Below, piece after piece: positions 17,916 to 27,578 of a stretch of 32,000 bases of DNA (position 1 is its first letter; each line of letters starts with the position of its first letter). Made by a program: the position numbers and the translations under genes. The DNA is from Vibrio alginolyticus NBRC 15630 = ATCC 17749 (lineage in GTDB: Bacteria; Pseudomonadota; Gammaproteobacteria; Enterobacterales; Vibrionaceae): the NCBI RefSeq assembly GCF_000354175.2, contig NC_022349.1:2880001-2912000 (forward strand), given 5' to 3'. The notes below the pieces were generated by a model that was given only the letters and a program-made list of their open reading frames with translations, did no database searches and was not told the DNA's origin.

Positions 17916-18203
17916 ACCCGTATCGTTGCGTAAATAAATAGATTACTATCAATAAAAATATAATTCTAAATAATATCTAAGTAAGCAAGATACTTGTTTT
18001 AGTGAGCAAAACTATTAATTATTGATGGCGCACCAATTAAAATCCTTGGTGGATAATATTGGTGTATCACTAACAACTAAATTAGAGATTCTAATAATGA
18101 AGACTCTGGAAGTGTATCTTGATTTTCTTAGATATATAAATCAGTGCAACACAACAAGCTGGCCAGGGTTGGAATAAGTAAGTTGTAGCTAGAGGTCCAA
18201 CAC

Positions 18204-18512
18204 ATGAATCTACAAGAAATGGAGCAGAACTCCGCAAAAGCCGTCGTGTTGCTCAAAGCGATGGCAAACGAGAGACGCCTACAAATCCTTTGTATGCTGC
18301 ATAACCAAGAGCTGTCCGTGGGAGAGCTGTGTGCAAAGTTAGAGCTAAGCCAGTCGGCATTATCTCAGCATCTTGCTTGGCTTCGCCGTGATGAGTTAGT
18401 CACGACAAGGAAAGAAGCACAGACGGTGTACTACACATTAAAGAGTGATGAAGTGAAAGCGTTAATAAAAACACTGCATAGTCTTTATTGTGCTGAGAGT
18501 GCTCAACATTAA
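18204..18512 (+). CDS. hlyU: ArsR/SmtB-family winged-helix regulator HlyU
   Basis: The 102-aa translation MNLQEMEQNSAKAVVLLKAMANERRLQILCMLHNQELSVGELC...LSQHLAWLRRDELV is close to Vibrio HlyU as I remember it. Same position as V. cholerae hlyU (VC0678). Confidence 0.85.
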   Translation: MNLQEMEQNSAKAVVLLKAMANERRLQILCMLHNQELSVGELCAKLELSQSALSQHLAWLRRDELVTTRKEAQTVYYTLKSDEVKALIKTLHSLYCAESAQH

Positions 18513-18716
18513 TTAAATAGTCCTAATATACTGCTCATCTTAGAGTGTGAATCTAACTTGTTGGAATATTTGAGAGTGGCGTTAAACCTTTGATGATAGG
18601 GTACTACTCATCGACCAATTTGCTTTGTTCTCAAGTGTTTTATTAGTGCTTTCTAGTTTGAGCGTTATATGGGTAATGAATAAGCTGATATCTTTAAATG
18701 GGACATTCAGAAAAAG

Positions 18717-18742
18717 AAAAGCTGGCATTGCCAGCTTTTTTT
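18717..18742. terminator. Rho-independent terminator (first of two in tandem), probably for hlyU or its 3' region
   Basis: aaaagctggca-tt-tgccagcttttttt. Confidence 0.7.
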
Positions 18743-18764
18743 ATTAAGAAAACTTTGTAGATAT

Positions 18765-18792
18765 AAAAAAACCGACACAAGGTCGGTTTTTT
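18765..18792. terminator. Rho-independent terminator, probably for rpsT (minus strand); A/T runs on both sides
   Basis: aaaaaaaccgac-acaag-gtcggtttttt, 25 nt downstream of the rpsT stop codon. Confidence 0.8.
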
Positions 18793-18816
18793 CTTCACTG
18801 TAAAATCAGGACTCTA

Positions 18817-19077
18817 TTAAAGAGCTTTGATTTGTGCAGCGAAACGAGACTTATGGCGAGCTGCTTTATTCTTGTGAATAAGGCCTTTAGTTGCCATGCG
18901 GTCTAGGATAGGTGTAACTACGGCGAATGCAGCAGTTGCAGCTTCTTTGTCGCCTGCTTCGATAGCAGCAACAGTTTTCTTCATGTAAGTACGCATCATT
19001 GAGCGACGGCTAGCATTGTGCTGACGACGTTTCTCAGCTTGGATAGCGCGCTTCTTAGCAGATTTACTATTTGCCAA
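18817..19077 (-). CDS. rpsT: 30S ribosomal protein S20, probable TTG start
   Basis: (L/M)[33 protein letters not shown]... is colinear with E. coli S20, which also starts at UUG. An SD (gggag) lies 7 nt upstream of TTG at 19077. The ATG at 19092 in the ORF track would add 5 non-conserved residues. Confidence 0.93.
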   Translation of the reverse strand: MANSKSAKKRAIQAEKRRQHNASRRSMMRTYMKKTVAAIEAGDKEAATAAFAVVTPILDRMATKGLIHKNKAARHKSRFAAQIKAL

Positions 19078-19124
19078 GGGTCTAACTCCCAAAAACTTAG
19101 TTCTGTGACAATTTAAGGGCGAGG

Positions 19125-19153
19125 AATATCCCTCATTTGCGCTTAAATGTCAA
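19125..19153 (-). promoter_or_regulatory. Candidate rpsT proximal promoter (TTGACA-17 nt-GATATT)
   Basis: On the minus strand the -35 TTGACA is at 19153-19148 and the -10 GATATT is at 19130-19125. Confidence 0.35.
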
Positions 19154-19227
19154 ATGATTTGTGCAAAAACCGATCTAAGCCAAAACAAATTTTGGTAAGA
19201 GAGGTTATCGCGGTTAAGATGGCGGGG

Positions 19228-19257
19228 ATTCTAACAGCATTTTTATACCAATGCTAA
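19228..19257 (-). promoter_or_regulatory. Candidate rpsT distal promoter (TTAGCA-18 nt-TAGAAT) with a GC-rich discriminator
   Basis: On the minus strand the -10 TAGAAT is followed immediately by ccccgcc, typical of stringently controlled ribosomal promoters. E. coli rpsT has two promoters. Confidence 0.35.
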
Positions 19258-19382
19258 TAATTATCCGCGAAAGGCACACTTATTCCTTACAACCCGCGGA
19301 TAGATTTTTGACGTCTATTTGCAGCACCTGTCAGAGAAACAGTATAGGGTTAGCTGTCTTATGGTGATATTCCGAGGTTACA

Positions 19383-20945
19383 GTGAGTAAACGACTACTC
19401 AAGTCTGGCATGATCGTCAGTGCTATGACATTTATTTCCCGCGTTCTTGGCCTAGTTCGTGATGTTGTAGTGGCAAATTTAATGGGGGCAGGAGCAAGCG
19501 CAGACGTTTTTTTCTTCGCCAATAAAATTCCTAATTTTTTACGACGTTTGTTTGCTGAAGGTGCTTTTTCCCAAGCGTTTGTACCTGTTTTAACGGAAAG
19601 CCATGCTCAAGGCGACATGGATAAAACTCGGGAGCTCATTGCTCGTGCAGCGGGCACATTGGGGGTGATAGTCTCAATTGTTACCATCTTAGGTGTTCTA
19701 GGTTCCGGTGTGGTGACTGCACTGTTTGGTTTTGGTTGGTTCCTAGACTGGATGCATGGTGGTCCCGCGGCTGAGAAGTTCGAACTTGCTAGCGTGATGC
19801 TCAAGATTACCTTTCCTTATTTATGGTTCATCACTTTTGTTGCCCTATCGGGAGCCATTCTCAATACACTAGGTAAGTTTGCGGTTTCTTCGTTTACTCC
19901 CGTCTTCCTCAACGTAATGATCATTTTGGCAGCATGGTTTATCTCGCCGCAGATGTCACAGCCAGAGATTGGTCTTGCCATCGGTGTTTTCCTTGGTGGT
20001 TTGGTTCAGTTCTTATTTCAAATCCCTTTCCTTATTAAAGCGGGGGTTATGGTTAAGCCGAAATGGGGCTGGCGCGATCCGGGCGTGGTGAAGATCCGAA
20101 CCTTAATGATTCCTGCTTTGTTCGGTGTGTCGGTAAGCCAAATCAACTTGTTGTTTGATACTTTTATTGCCAGCTTTCTGCAAACCGGTTCGATCAGTTG
20201 GTTGTACTATTCAGATCGCTTGTTGGAATTCCCGTTAGGTCTGTTTGGTATTGCTATTGCAACGGTGATTTTACCAGCATTATCACGCAAACATGTTGAC
20301 GCACAAAATGAAGGATTCGCACAAACCATGGACTGGGGGGTGCGCATGGTGATCTTACTTGGCCTTCCTGCAATGCTTGGTTTGATGGTACTGGCAAAAC
20401 CTATGTTGATGGTGTTATTCATGCGAGGTGAGTTTTCGCCACAAGACGTACATCAAGCATCATTGTCACTCTTTGCTTACGCTTCAGGCTTGTTGAACTT
20501 TATGCTGATTAAAGTGCTCGCTCCGGGTTATTACTCGCGTCAAGACACTAAAACGCCAGTGAAATACGGCATCATTGCGATGGTGACCAACATGGTATTT
20601 AATGCAATTTTTGCGTACTTCTATGGCTACGTTGGCTTGGCTATCGCGACGGCACTATCGGCATTTGTGAATATGGCACTGCTGTATCGTGGCCTGCACA
20701 TCGCAGAGGTATACCAAATCACTAAGCGAACCGTCTTCTTTATTATACGTTTAGCTATTGCTGGCGCGGCGATGGTGGCGGCAATCTTATGGCAACTGGA
20801 AGATATGTCAGTATGGCTGGGCTGGAGCTTTGCTCACCGAAGCGCGGTGCTAGGGATGTTGATCGGTTTAGGAGCCGTGGTTTACCTAGTGGTTCTATTT
20901 TTAACTGGTGCGCGTTTAAAAGACCTAAAAGCTGGGACAGACTGA
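19383..20945 (+). CDS. murJ: Lipid II flippase MurJ (MviN), GTG start
   Basis: 520 aa, polytopic. SRVLGLVRDVVVANLMGAG..ADVFFFANKIPNFLRRLFAEGAFSQAFVPVL is colinear with E. coli MurJ. Confidence 0.95.
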   Translation: MSKRLLKSGMIVSAMTFISRVLGLVRDVVVANLMGAGASADVFFFANKIPNFLRRLFAEGAFSQAFVPVLTESHAQGDMDKTRELIARAAGTLGVIVSIVTILGVLGSGVVTALFGFGWFLDWMHGGPAAEKFELASVMLKITFPYLWFITFVALSGAILNTLGKFAVSSFTPVFLNVMIILAAWFISPQMSQPEIGLAIGVFLGGLVQFLFQIPFLIKAGVMVKPKWGWRDPGVVKIRTLMIPALFGVSVSQINLLFDTFIASFLQTGSISWLYYSDRLLEFPLGLFGIAIATVILPALSRKHVDAQNEGFAQTMDWGVRMVILLGLPAMLGLMVLAKPMLMVLFMRGEFSPQDVHQASLSLFAYASGLLNFMLIKVLAPGYYSRQDTKTPVKYGIIAMVTNMVFNAIFAYFYGYVGLAIATALSAFVNMALLYRGLHIAEVYQITKRTVFFIIRLAIAGAAMVAAILWQLEDMSVWLGWSFAHRSAVLGMLIGLGAVVYLVVLFLTGARLKDLKAGTD

Positions 20946-21014
20946 GGGTGATTAGTATATAATCCGTCAGTTTCACACAGTGTAAAGTAAAACAGAGGCA
21001 GAAAGCAGTATCCA

Positions 21015-21950
21015 ATGGAACTGATTAGAGGCATTCACAATATCAACCCGCGACATCATGGTTGTGTGCTGACTATTGGCAATTTCGATGGTGTCCATAA
21101 AGGCCATCAACAAGTATTGCAGCAAGTGTCTGAGCAAGCGGACAGGCTATCCTTGCCTTCTGTTGTGATGACCTTTGAACCTCAGCCGATGGAGCTGTTT
21201 GCCAAAGACAAGGCACCTGCAAGGTTGACGCGATTACGCGATAAGTTCGTGCAATTGAGTAAGCTCGATATTGACCGCTTACTGTGTGTCAATTTCAATC
21301 GCCATTTTGCAAGTTTAACCGCGGAAGAGTTTATCCGTGACTTGTTGGTCGAGCGTTTGGGTGTTAAGTTTCTTGTCGTTGGTGATGATTTCTGCTTTGG
21401 CAAAGGCCGTACAGGTAACTTTGCAATGCTGCAGGAAGCAGGGGAAAAATACGGCTTTGATGTCGTAAGTACCCAGAGCTTTTGTTTACAACAATTACGT
21501 GTCAGCAGTACGGCTATCCGTCAAGCGCTGGCGCGTGACGATTTGCATTCCGCGCAAGAGATGCTGGGAAGAAACTACAGCATCAGCGGTCGTGTTTCTC
21601 ATGGAAGAAAGCTAGGTCGAACCATTGGGTTCCCTACTGCAAATATTCCTTTGAAACGCTGTGTTTCTCCGGTTTCCGGAGTCTATGTTGTTCAAGCGCT
21701 TGGCTTAGGAAATAAGCCAGTTGGTGGTGTTGCTAATATTGGTCAAAGACCAACCGTCAATGGTGTTCGCCAACAGTTAGAAGTGCACTTATTCGACTTT
21801 CATGCCAATTTATATGGCAAGCAACTAGAAGTGGAACTTTTGCATAAACTTCGAGATGAGCAAAAGTTTGAGTCGTTTGAAGCACTTAAACAACAAATCG
21901 AATTGGATGCTGAAGCAGCAAGGGTGTGGCTGCGTCAGCTTAAGCGTTGA
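21015..21950 (+). CDS. ribF: Bifunctional riboflavin kinase / FMN adenylyltransferase
   Basis: 311 aa. TIGNFDGVHKGHQ, GDDFCFGKGR and GFPTANI motifs. Confidence 0.95.
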   Translation: MELIRGIHNINPRHHGCVLTIGNFDGVHKGHQQVLQQVSEQADRLSLPSVVMTFEPQPMELFAKDKAPARLTRLRDKFVQLSKLDIDRLLCVNFNRHFASLTAEEFIRDLLVERLGVKFLVVGDDFCFGKGRTGNFAMLQEAGEKYGFDVVSTQSFCLQQLRVSSTAIRQALARDDLHSAQEMLGRNYSISGRVSHGRKLGRTIGFPTANIPLKRCVSPVSGVYVVQALGLGNKPVGGVANIGQRPTVNGVRQQLEVHLFDFHANLYGKQLEVELLHKLRDEQKFESFEALKQQIELDAEAARVWLRQLKR

Positions 21951-22014
21951 GCGGTTTATTCCACCGTTCAACATAATGTCTAATTTTCGCCCAATATAAC
22001 GGAATTAAGAATCG

Positions 22015-24843
22015 ATGAGTGAGTATAAAGATACCCTGAACTTACCTGAAACAGGGTTTCCAATGCGCGGCAACCTGGCCAATCGTGAGCCAGAAATGCT
22101 TAAGCGTTGGTACAAAGAAGATCTTTACGGTGAAATCCGTAAAGCTAAGAAAGGCAAAAAGTCATTCGTATTGCACGATGGCCCTCCTTACGCAAATGGT
22201 GACATTCATATTGGTCACGCACTAAACAAGATTCTTAAAGACATTATTATTAAATCCAAAACACTTTCAGGTTTTGACGCACCTTACATCCCAGGCTGGG
22301 ACTGCCACGGTCTACCAATCGAATTAATGGTAGAGAAGAAAGTAGGTAAGCCAGGCCAAAAAGTGACAGCAGCGGAATTCCGCGAGAAATGTCGTGAATA
22401 CGCAGCTGGTCAGGTTGAAGGTCAGAAAGAGAGCTTCAAACGCCTTGGTATCATGGGTGAGTGGGACAAGCCATACCGCACTATGGATTTCGCAACTGAA
22501 GCGAACATTATTCGTGCTCTTGGTAAGATCGCAAGCAATGGTCACCTGCTAAAAGGTTTCAAACCTGTTCACTGGTGTACAGACTGTGGTTCTGCTCTTG
22601 CTGAAGCGGAAGTAGAATACAAAGATAAAGTATCGCCATCTATCGACGTTCGTTTTAAAGCGGCTGACGAAGCGGCACTGCTATCTAAATTTGAACTGAC
22701 AGAAGGTCATGAAGGTCACGGTGACGTATCTATCGTTATCTGGACAACAACACCTTGGACACTGCCAGCAAACCGCGCAGTATGTCTACGTGATGATCTA
22801 GAGTACGTGCTTATCCAAACAGAAGGCGACAACGCTGAGCGTATTATCGTTGCTGCTGAGCTGGCGAAAGACGTAATGGACCGTGCGGGTATCGAGCACT
22901 TCCACAACCTTGGCTTTGCTAAAGGTGCGGATCTAGAGCTGTCTCAATTCCAACACCCATTCTACGATTTCACTGTACCGGCGATCCTTGGTGATCACGT
23001 TACGACTGATTCAGGTACTGGTGTTGTTCACACTGCTCCTGGTCACGGTCAAGAAGACTTCGCGGTTGGTAACAAGTACAACCTAGAAGTAGCAAACCCA
23101 GTTGGCTCAAACGGTGTTTACCTACCAGATACAGAGCTATTTGCTGGTCAGCACGTATTTAAAGCGAACGATGCAGTAGTAGAAGTACTAAAAGAAAAAG
23201 GTGCACTACTACACCACCACGCTTACGAGCACAGCTACCCACACTGTTGGCGTCATAAGACCCCAATCATCTTCCGTGCTACACCTCAATGGTTCGTTTC
23301 TATGGACCAAGCTGGCCTACGTGCTAAAGCATTAGAGTCAATCAAGAATGTAGAGTGGATGCCTGAGTGGGGTCAAAGCCGCATCGAAGGTATGATCGAA
23401 GGTCGCCCTGAGTGGTGTATCTCTCGTCAACGTACTTGGGGTGTGCCAATTGCTCTGTTTGTTCATAAAGAAACAGCAGAACTTCATCCAAACACGCTAG
23501 AGCTGATCGAGAAAGTCGCTAAGCTGGTTGAAGAGAAAGGCATCCAAGCATGGTGGGATGTAGATGCCGCTGAACTACTAGGTGCTGACGCTGACCAATA
23601 CGAAAAAGTGCTAGATACGCTAGACGTATGGTTCGATTCAGGTGTCACTCACTTCTCTGTTGTTGATGCTCGTGAAGAGTACAACGGCAACAGTGCAGAC
23701 CTATACCTAGAAGGTTCTGACCAACACCGCGGTTGGTTCCAATCTTCTTTAATTTCATCTATTGCGATGAAAGACGAAGCACCTTACAAACAAGTACTGA
23801 CACACGGTTTCGTGGTTGACGGTCAGGGTCGTAAGATGTCTAAATCTATCGGTAACGTGGTTGCGCCAAAAGACGTAACCAACAAGCTAGGTGCTGACAT
23901 TCTTCGTCTATGGGTTGCTTCTACAGACTACACTGGTGAAGTTGCGGTTTCTGATGAAATCCTAAAACGCAGCGCAGATGCGTACCGTCGTATCCGTAAC
24001 ACAGCGCGTTTCTTCCTAGCTAACTTGAGCGGCTTCAACCCTGAAACAGACATCGTTCCTGTTGAAGAGATGGTTGCGCTAGATCGCTGGGCGGTTGGTC
24101 GTGCACTAGCAGCACAAGAAGAGATTGTTAAAGCATACGAAGAGTACAACACACACGGTGTAACTCAGCGTCTAATGCAATTCTGTTCAATCGAAATGGG
24201 CTCTTTCTACTTAGACGTAATTAAAGACCGTCAGTACACAGCAAAACGTGGCGGCAACGCTCAACGTAGCTGTCAGACTGCACTTTACTACATCGTAGAA
24301 GCGCTAGTTCGTTGGATGGCGCCAATCATGTCGTTCACTGCAGATGAAATCTGGAACGAAATGCCAGGTCAACGCGACAAGTTCGTATTCACTGGTGAGT
24401 GGTTCGACGGTCTATTCGGTCTTGCTGAAGGTGAAGAGCTGAACAACGAATTCTGGTCTGAGATCCAAGCGGTTCGTGGTGCGGTAAACAAACTTCTAGA
24501 AGATGCGCGTAAAGAGAAAACCATTGGTGGTGCACTACAAGCTGAAGTGACTCTATTTGCTGATGACGCACTAGCGGCGAAGATCAACAAACTTGAAGAT
24601 GAACTGCGCTTTGTTCTACTAACCTCTGCGGCGAAAGTTAAGCCTCTAGGTGAGAAGACGGATGCAGCACAAGCCACAGATATCGAAGGCTTATTTGTTG
24701 AAGTAGCAGCAGCTGAAGGCGAGAAGTGTGATCGTTGTTGGCACCACACGCCAGACGTAGGCACAATTGAAGGTCACGAGAAAATCTGTGGTCGTTGTGT
24801 GTCTAACGTAGACGGCGAAGGTGAAGTACGTAAATTCGCGTAA
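22015..24843 (+). CDS. ileS: Isoleucine--tRNA ligase
   Basis: 942 aa with HIGH (HIGHALNK), KMSKS and a C-terminal Zn-finger (CDRCWHH...CGRC). Confidence 0.98.
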   Translation: MSEYKDTLNLPETGFPMRGNLANREPEMLKRWYKEDLYGEIRKAKKGKKSFVLHDGPPYANGDIHIGHALNKILKDIIIKSKTLSGFDAPYIPGWDCHGLPIELMVEKKVGKPGQKVTAAEFREKCREYAAGQVEGQKESFKRLGIMGEWDKPYRTMDFATEANIIRALGKIASNGHLLKGFKPVHWCTDCGSALAEAEVEYKDKVSPSIDVRFKAADEAALLSKFELTEGHEGHGDVSIVIWTTTPWTLPANRAVCLRDDLEYVLIQTEGDNAERIIVAAELAKDVMDRAGIEHFHNLGFAKGADLELSQFQHPFYDFTVPAILGDHVTTDSGTGVVHTAPGHGQEDFAVGNKYNLEVANPVGSNGVYLPDTELFAGQHVFKANDAVVEVLKEKGALLHHHAYEHSYPHCWRHKTPIIFRATPQWFVSMDQAGLRAKALESIKNVEWMPEWGQSRIEGMIEGRPEWCISRQRTWGVPIALFVHKETAELHPNTLELIEKVAKLVEEKGIQAWWDVDAAELLGADADQYEKVLDTLDVWFDSGVTHFSVVDAREEYNGNSADLYLEGSDQHRGWFQSSLISSIAMKDEAPYKQVLTHGFVVDGQGRKMSKSIGNVVAPKDVTNKLGADILRLWVASTDYTGEVAVSDEILKRSADAYRRIRNTARFFLANLSGFNPETDIVPVEEMVALDRWAVGRALAAQEEIVKAYEEYNTHGVTQRLMQFCSIEMGSFYLDVIKDRQYTAKRGGNAQRSCQTALYYIVEALVRWMAPIMSFTADEIWNEMPGQRDKFVFTGEWFDGLFGLAEGEELNNEFWSEIQAVRGAVNKLLEDARKEKTIGGALQAEVTLFADDALAAKINKLEDELRFVLLTSAAKVKPLGEKTDAAQATDIEGLFVEVAAAEGEKCDRCWHHTPDVGTIEGHEKICGRCVSNVDGEGEVRKFA

Positions 24844-24876
24844 TTGCCTAGAACGACTGAACTTTTTTTAAATTAA

Positions 24877-24905
24877 CAGCCCCAGTATTTACTGGGGCTG
24901 TTTGT
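24877..24905 (+). terminator. Intra-operon hairpin / weak terminator between ileS and lspA
   Basis: cagccccag-tatttA-ctggggctg followed by tttgt, a short and interrupted T-run. Confidence 0.45.
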
Positions 24906-24915
24906 AGGTAAAGTA

Positions 24916-25422
24916 ATGAGTGAAAAAGCACTGACGTTAAAGCAATCTGGAGTTCGCTGGCTGTGGTTAGCAATTCTGGTATTTATTGCAGATATTGGCA
25001 TCAAATTGGTGGTGATGGACAACATGGGCTACGGATGGGCAAACCGAATTGAGGTGTTGCCATTCTTCAACCTACTTTACGTTCATAACTACGGTGCCGC
25101 TTTCAGCTTCTTGAGCGATCAAGCTGGTTGGCAGCGCTGGTTATTTACAGGTATCGCGTTTGTTGTTACGGGTCTTTTGACCTACTGGATGAGTAAGCTT
25201 CCAGCAAAAGAAAAATGGAACAACATTGCTTATGCACTGATTATTGGTGGTGCAGTGGGCAACGTGTTTGACCGCGTCGTTCATGGCTTTGTTGTTGATT
25301 ACCTAGACTTCTTCTGGGGTAACTACCACTGGCCAGCATTCAACCTTGCTGACATGGCGATCTGTATTGGTGCGGCAATGATTATTCTGGATGGCTTCCG
25401 TAAAAAAGACGCTGACAAGTAA
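24916..25422 (+). CDS. lspA: Lipoprotein signal peptidase (signal peptidase II)
   Basis: 168 aa. NYGAAFSFL and VVDYLDF...FNLADMAI motifs. Confidence 0.95.
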   Translation: MSEKALTLKQSGVRWLWLAILVFIADIGIKLVVMDNMGYGWANRIEVLPFFNLLYVHNYGAAFSFLSDQAGWQRWLFTGIAFVVTGLLTYWMSKLPAKEKWNNIAYALIIGGAVGNVFDRVVHGFVVDYLDFFWGNYHWPAFNLADMAICIGAAMIILDGFRKKDADK

Positions 25423-25448
25423 TCTTTTGCGGTATATCGAATAACCCT

Positions 25449-25481
25449 AAGCGTCGTCCGTTGATTCGAGCGACGCTTTTT
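25449..25481 (+). terminator. Hairpin plus T-run between lspA and fkpB
   Basis: aagcgtcg (25449-25456) pairs with cgacgctt (25471-25478) and is followed by tttatt. Confidence 0.5.
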
Positions 25482-25566
25482 ATTATGTTGGAGCGCCAAT
25501 CAGCATATCAATGTATAAAAAGACCAAGCTGACAGCGTAATAACCCAAGAACAAGGAAGCATTAAC

Positions 25567-25998
25567 GTGACAACAATAACCAATGAATCGGTAGTAACCC
25601 TTCACTTTACGATTAAAATGAAAGACGGATCGGTTGCAGATAGTACTCATAACATGGGTAAACCAGCGAAGTTTGTTATGGGTGATGGCAGCTTGAGTGA
25701 AAACTTTGAGCAATGCTTGATCGGCCTCGAAACAGGCGCACAAAAAGCGATTGAGCTAAAGGCAGAAGACGCGTTTGGTATGCCAAACCCTGATCATATT
25801 CACTATATGGATCGCACTAAATTTGTAGGTGATGCAGAAGTGGAAGTTGGTACAATCATGGCCTTCAGTGGCCCTGATGGCATGGAAATCCCGGGCATTA
25901 TTACAGAGATTGCAGGCGATTCAGTCACTGTGGACTTCAACCATCCTCTAGCGGGACAAGACGTGACTTTCGAAGTTGAAATTTTGTCAGTAGAATAG
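25567..25998 (+). CDS. fkpB: FKBP-type peptidyl-prolyl cis-trans isomerase FkpB (SlpA), GTG start
   Basis: [19 protein letters not shown]...[24 protein letters not shown] is colinear with E. coli FkpB. An SD (aagga) lies upstream of the GTG. Confidence 0.9.
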   Translation: MTTITNESVVTLHFTIKMKDGSVADSTHNMGKPAKFVMGDGSLSENFEQCLIGLETGAQKAIELKAEDAFGMPNPDHIHYMDRTKFVGDAEVEVGTIMAFSGPDGMEIPGIITEIAGDSVTVDFNHPLAGQDVTFEVEILSVE

Positions 25999-26033
25999 CG
26001 AACCCAATAAAGATAATTTCCATGAGCAATGAA

Positions 26034-26987
26034 ATGAAAATCCTGTTAGCTAACCCACGTGGTTTCTGTGCTGGTGTTGACCGCGCGATTAGCATCGTAG
26101 AGCGTGCGCTAGAGATGTATCAGCCACCTATCTATGTTCGACATGAAGTGGTGCATAACCGTTTTGTGGTTGAAGGTCTAAAACAGCGTGGTGCTATCTT
26201 CGTTGAAGAGCTGCATGAAGTGCCAGACAACAACATTGTGATTTTTTCTGCTCATGGTGTATCGCAGGCGGTTCGTCAGGAAGCCAAGCAGCGTGATTTG
26301 ACCGTATTTGACGCAACGTGTCCTTTAGTAACCAAAGTGCATATGGAAGTGGCGCGTGCGAGCCGTCGTAATATGGAAGTGGTTCTGATTGGTCACGCAG
26401 GTCACCCTGAAGTCGAAGGTACGATGGGGCAATACGCCAGTGAAACCGGTGGTATGTACTTGGTTGAAACTCCAGCCGATGTTGAGAAACTGAAGGCGAT
26501 TGTGAAAGATCCATCCGATCTTCATTACGTAAGCCAAACGACGCTTTCTGTCGATGAAACTGCCGATGTTATCGAAGAGCTACGCCGCGTGTTCCCAGAT
26601 ATCCAAGGTCCACGTAAAGACGATATCTGTTATGCGACACAAAACCGCCAAGATGCCGTACGTGAATTAGCTGGTGACGTAGATGTGATGGTTGTGGTGG
26701 GTTCTAAAAACTCATCAAACTCTACACGTCTTAAAGAGCTAGCTGAAAAGCTAGGGACACCTGGCTACTTAACCGACTGTCCGGAAGATATCAAACCCGA
26801 GTGGTTCGAAGGCAAAACAAAGGTCGGCGTGACTGCGGGAGCATCTGCTCCGGAAGAGCTCGTTAATCAGATTCTAGAGCGAATCAAAGAACTCGTGGGT
26901 GCCGAAGCGGTTGATGAAGTACTTGGCCGTGAAGAGAATATGTTCTTTGAAGTACCTAAAGAACTGCAAATCAAGCAAGTGGATTAG
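26034..26987 (+). CDS. ispH: 4-hydroxy-3-methylbut-2-enyl diphosphate reductase
   Basis: [23 protein letters not shown]... aligns with the E. coli IspH N-terminus ([14 protein letters not shown]). The ORF track's ATG at 26022 would add 4 residues, so the start is ambiguous. Confidence 0.93.
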   Translation: MKILLANPRGFCAGVDRAISIVERALEMYQPPIYVRHEVVHNRFVVEGLKQRGAIFVEELHEVPDNNIVIFSAHGVSQAVRQEAKQRDLTVFDATCPLVTKVHMEVARASRRNMEVVLIGHAGHPEVEGTMGQYASETGGMYLVETPADVEKLKAIVKDPSDLHYVSQTTLSVDETADVIEELRRVFPDIQGPRKDDICYATQNRQDAVRELAGDVDVMVVVGSKNSSNSTRLKELAEKLGTPGYLTDCPEDIKPEWFEGKTKVGVTAGASAPEELVNQILERIKELVGAEAVDEVLGREENMFFEVPKELQIKQVD

Positions 26988-27007
26988 TCTCCATTTATCG
27001 AATATTC

Positions 27008-27035
27008 AAAAGGCGACCTGTGGGTCGCCTTTTTT
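27008..27035. terminator. Bidirectional terminator shared by ispH and the convergent LMW-PTP-like gene
   Basis: aaaggcgacc-tgtg-ggtcgccttttt. The T-run overlaps the stop codon of the minus-strand gene at 27034-27036. Confidence 0.8.
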
Positions 27036-27504
27036 ACATCTCTCTTAACTCATTTAGGTAATCACGAATTTGGTCTTTTCCTAAACCATCGATAATCATA
27101 TCAGACATCTTCGTGATTCTTCGCTCAAGCGACTGAGCAACCTTTTCGCAATGTGCGTACATGTCTTCATCAGAACCATCGGTCGGAAAAGCATCAACTT
27201 GCCAGTTTACTCGAACACCACCTGCAAGCCACTGAGGAGCGGTTTCTTGATGTAAAGAATCACAGAGAATAATAACGATGTCGGGAAGAAACTGAGTTCG
27301 CTCCTCCCATGAATGCGTGTGGATATGCGGAATGGGGAGTTGGTGGTCATCTAAGTATTTTTGCACCAATGGGTGCACCTTGCCTGTGGGATGTGAGCCT
27401 CCACTGGTGACACTAAAATCTGCTGGCAGGATATTGGTTGCGATTGACTCCGCGAGGACGCTTCGTCCAGCGTTGTGCTTACATATGAATAATACTTTAT
27501 ACAT
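27034..27504 (-). CDS. Low-molecular-weight phosphotyrosine phosphatase / ArsC(Trx)-family protein
   Basis: 156 aa with an N-terminal P-loop C-X5-R-S (CKHNAGRS) and the later VDAFP Asp loop. An SD (gagg) lies upstream. Confidence 0.75.
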   Translation of the reverse strand: MYKVLFICKHNAGRSVLAESIATNILPADFSVTSGGSHPTGKVHPLVQKYLDDHQLPIPHIHTHSWEERTQFLPDIVIILCDSLHQETAPQWLAGGVRVNWQVDAFPTDGSDEDMYAHCEKVAQSLERRITKMSDMIIDGLGKDQIRDYLNELREM

Positions 27505-27578
27505 CGTCGCCTCGTCTTTTCAGAGCGTCCTATTTATACGCTAGCGGAAACTCAGCGATGATGTGTGAAGTTTTTGTG

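Noticed and set aside
19262-19302. 8-bp inverted repeat TATCCGCG ... CGCGGATA (25-nt spacer) in the rpsT-murJ intergenic region, whose half-sites faintly resemble DnaA boxes (7/9 and 6/9)
   Set aside because: The arms are short and match no factor motif I can name. The DnaA resemblance is below a useful threshold. It is noted only as a possible murJ promoter operator.
26022-26033. Four extra N-terminal codons (MSNE) on ispH as given by the ORF track
   Set aside because: Alignment to E. coli IspH starts at the second Met ([14 protein letters not shown]). Neither ATG has a strong SD, so the shorter form is preferred, though the question is unresolved.
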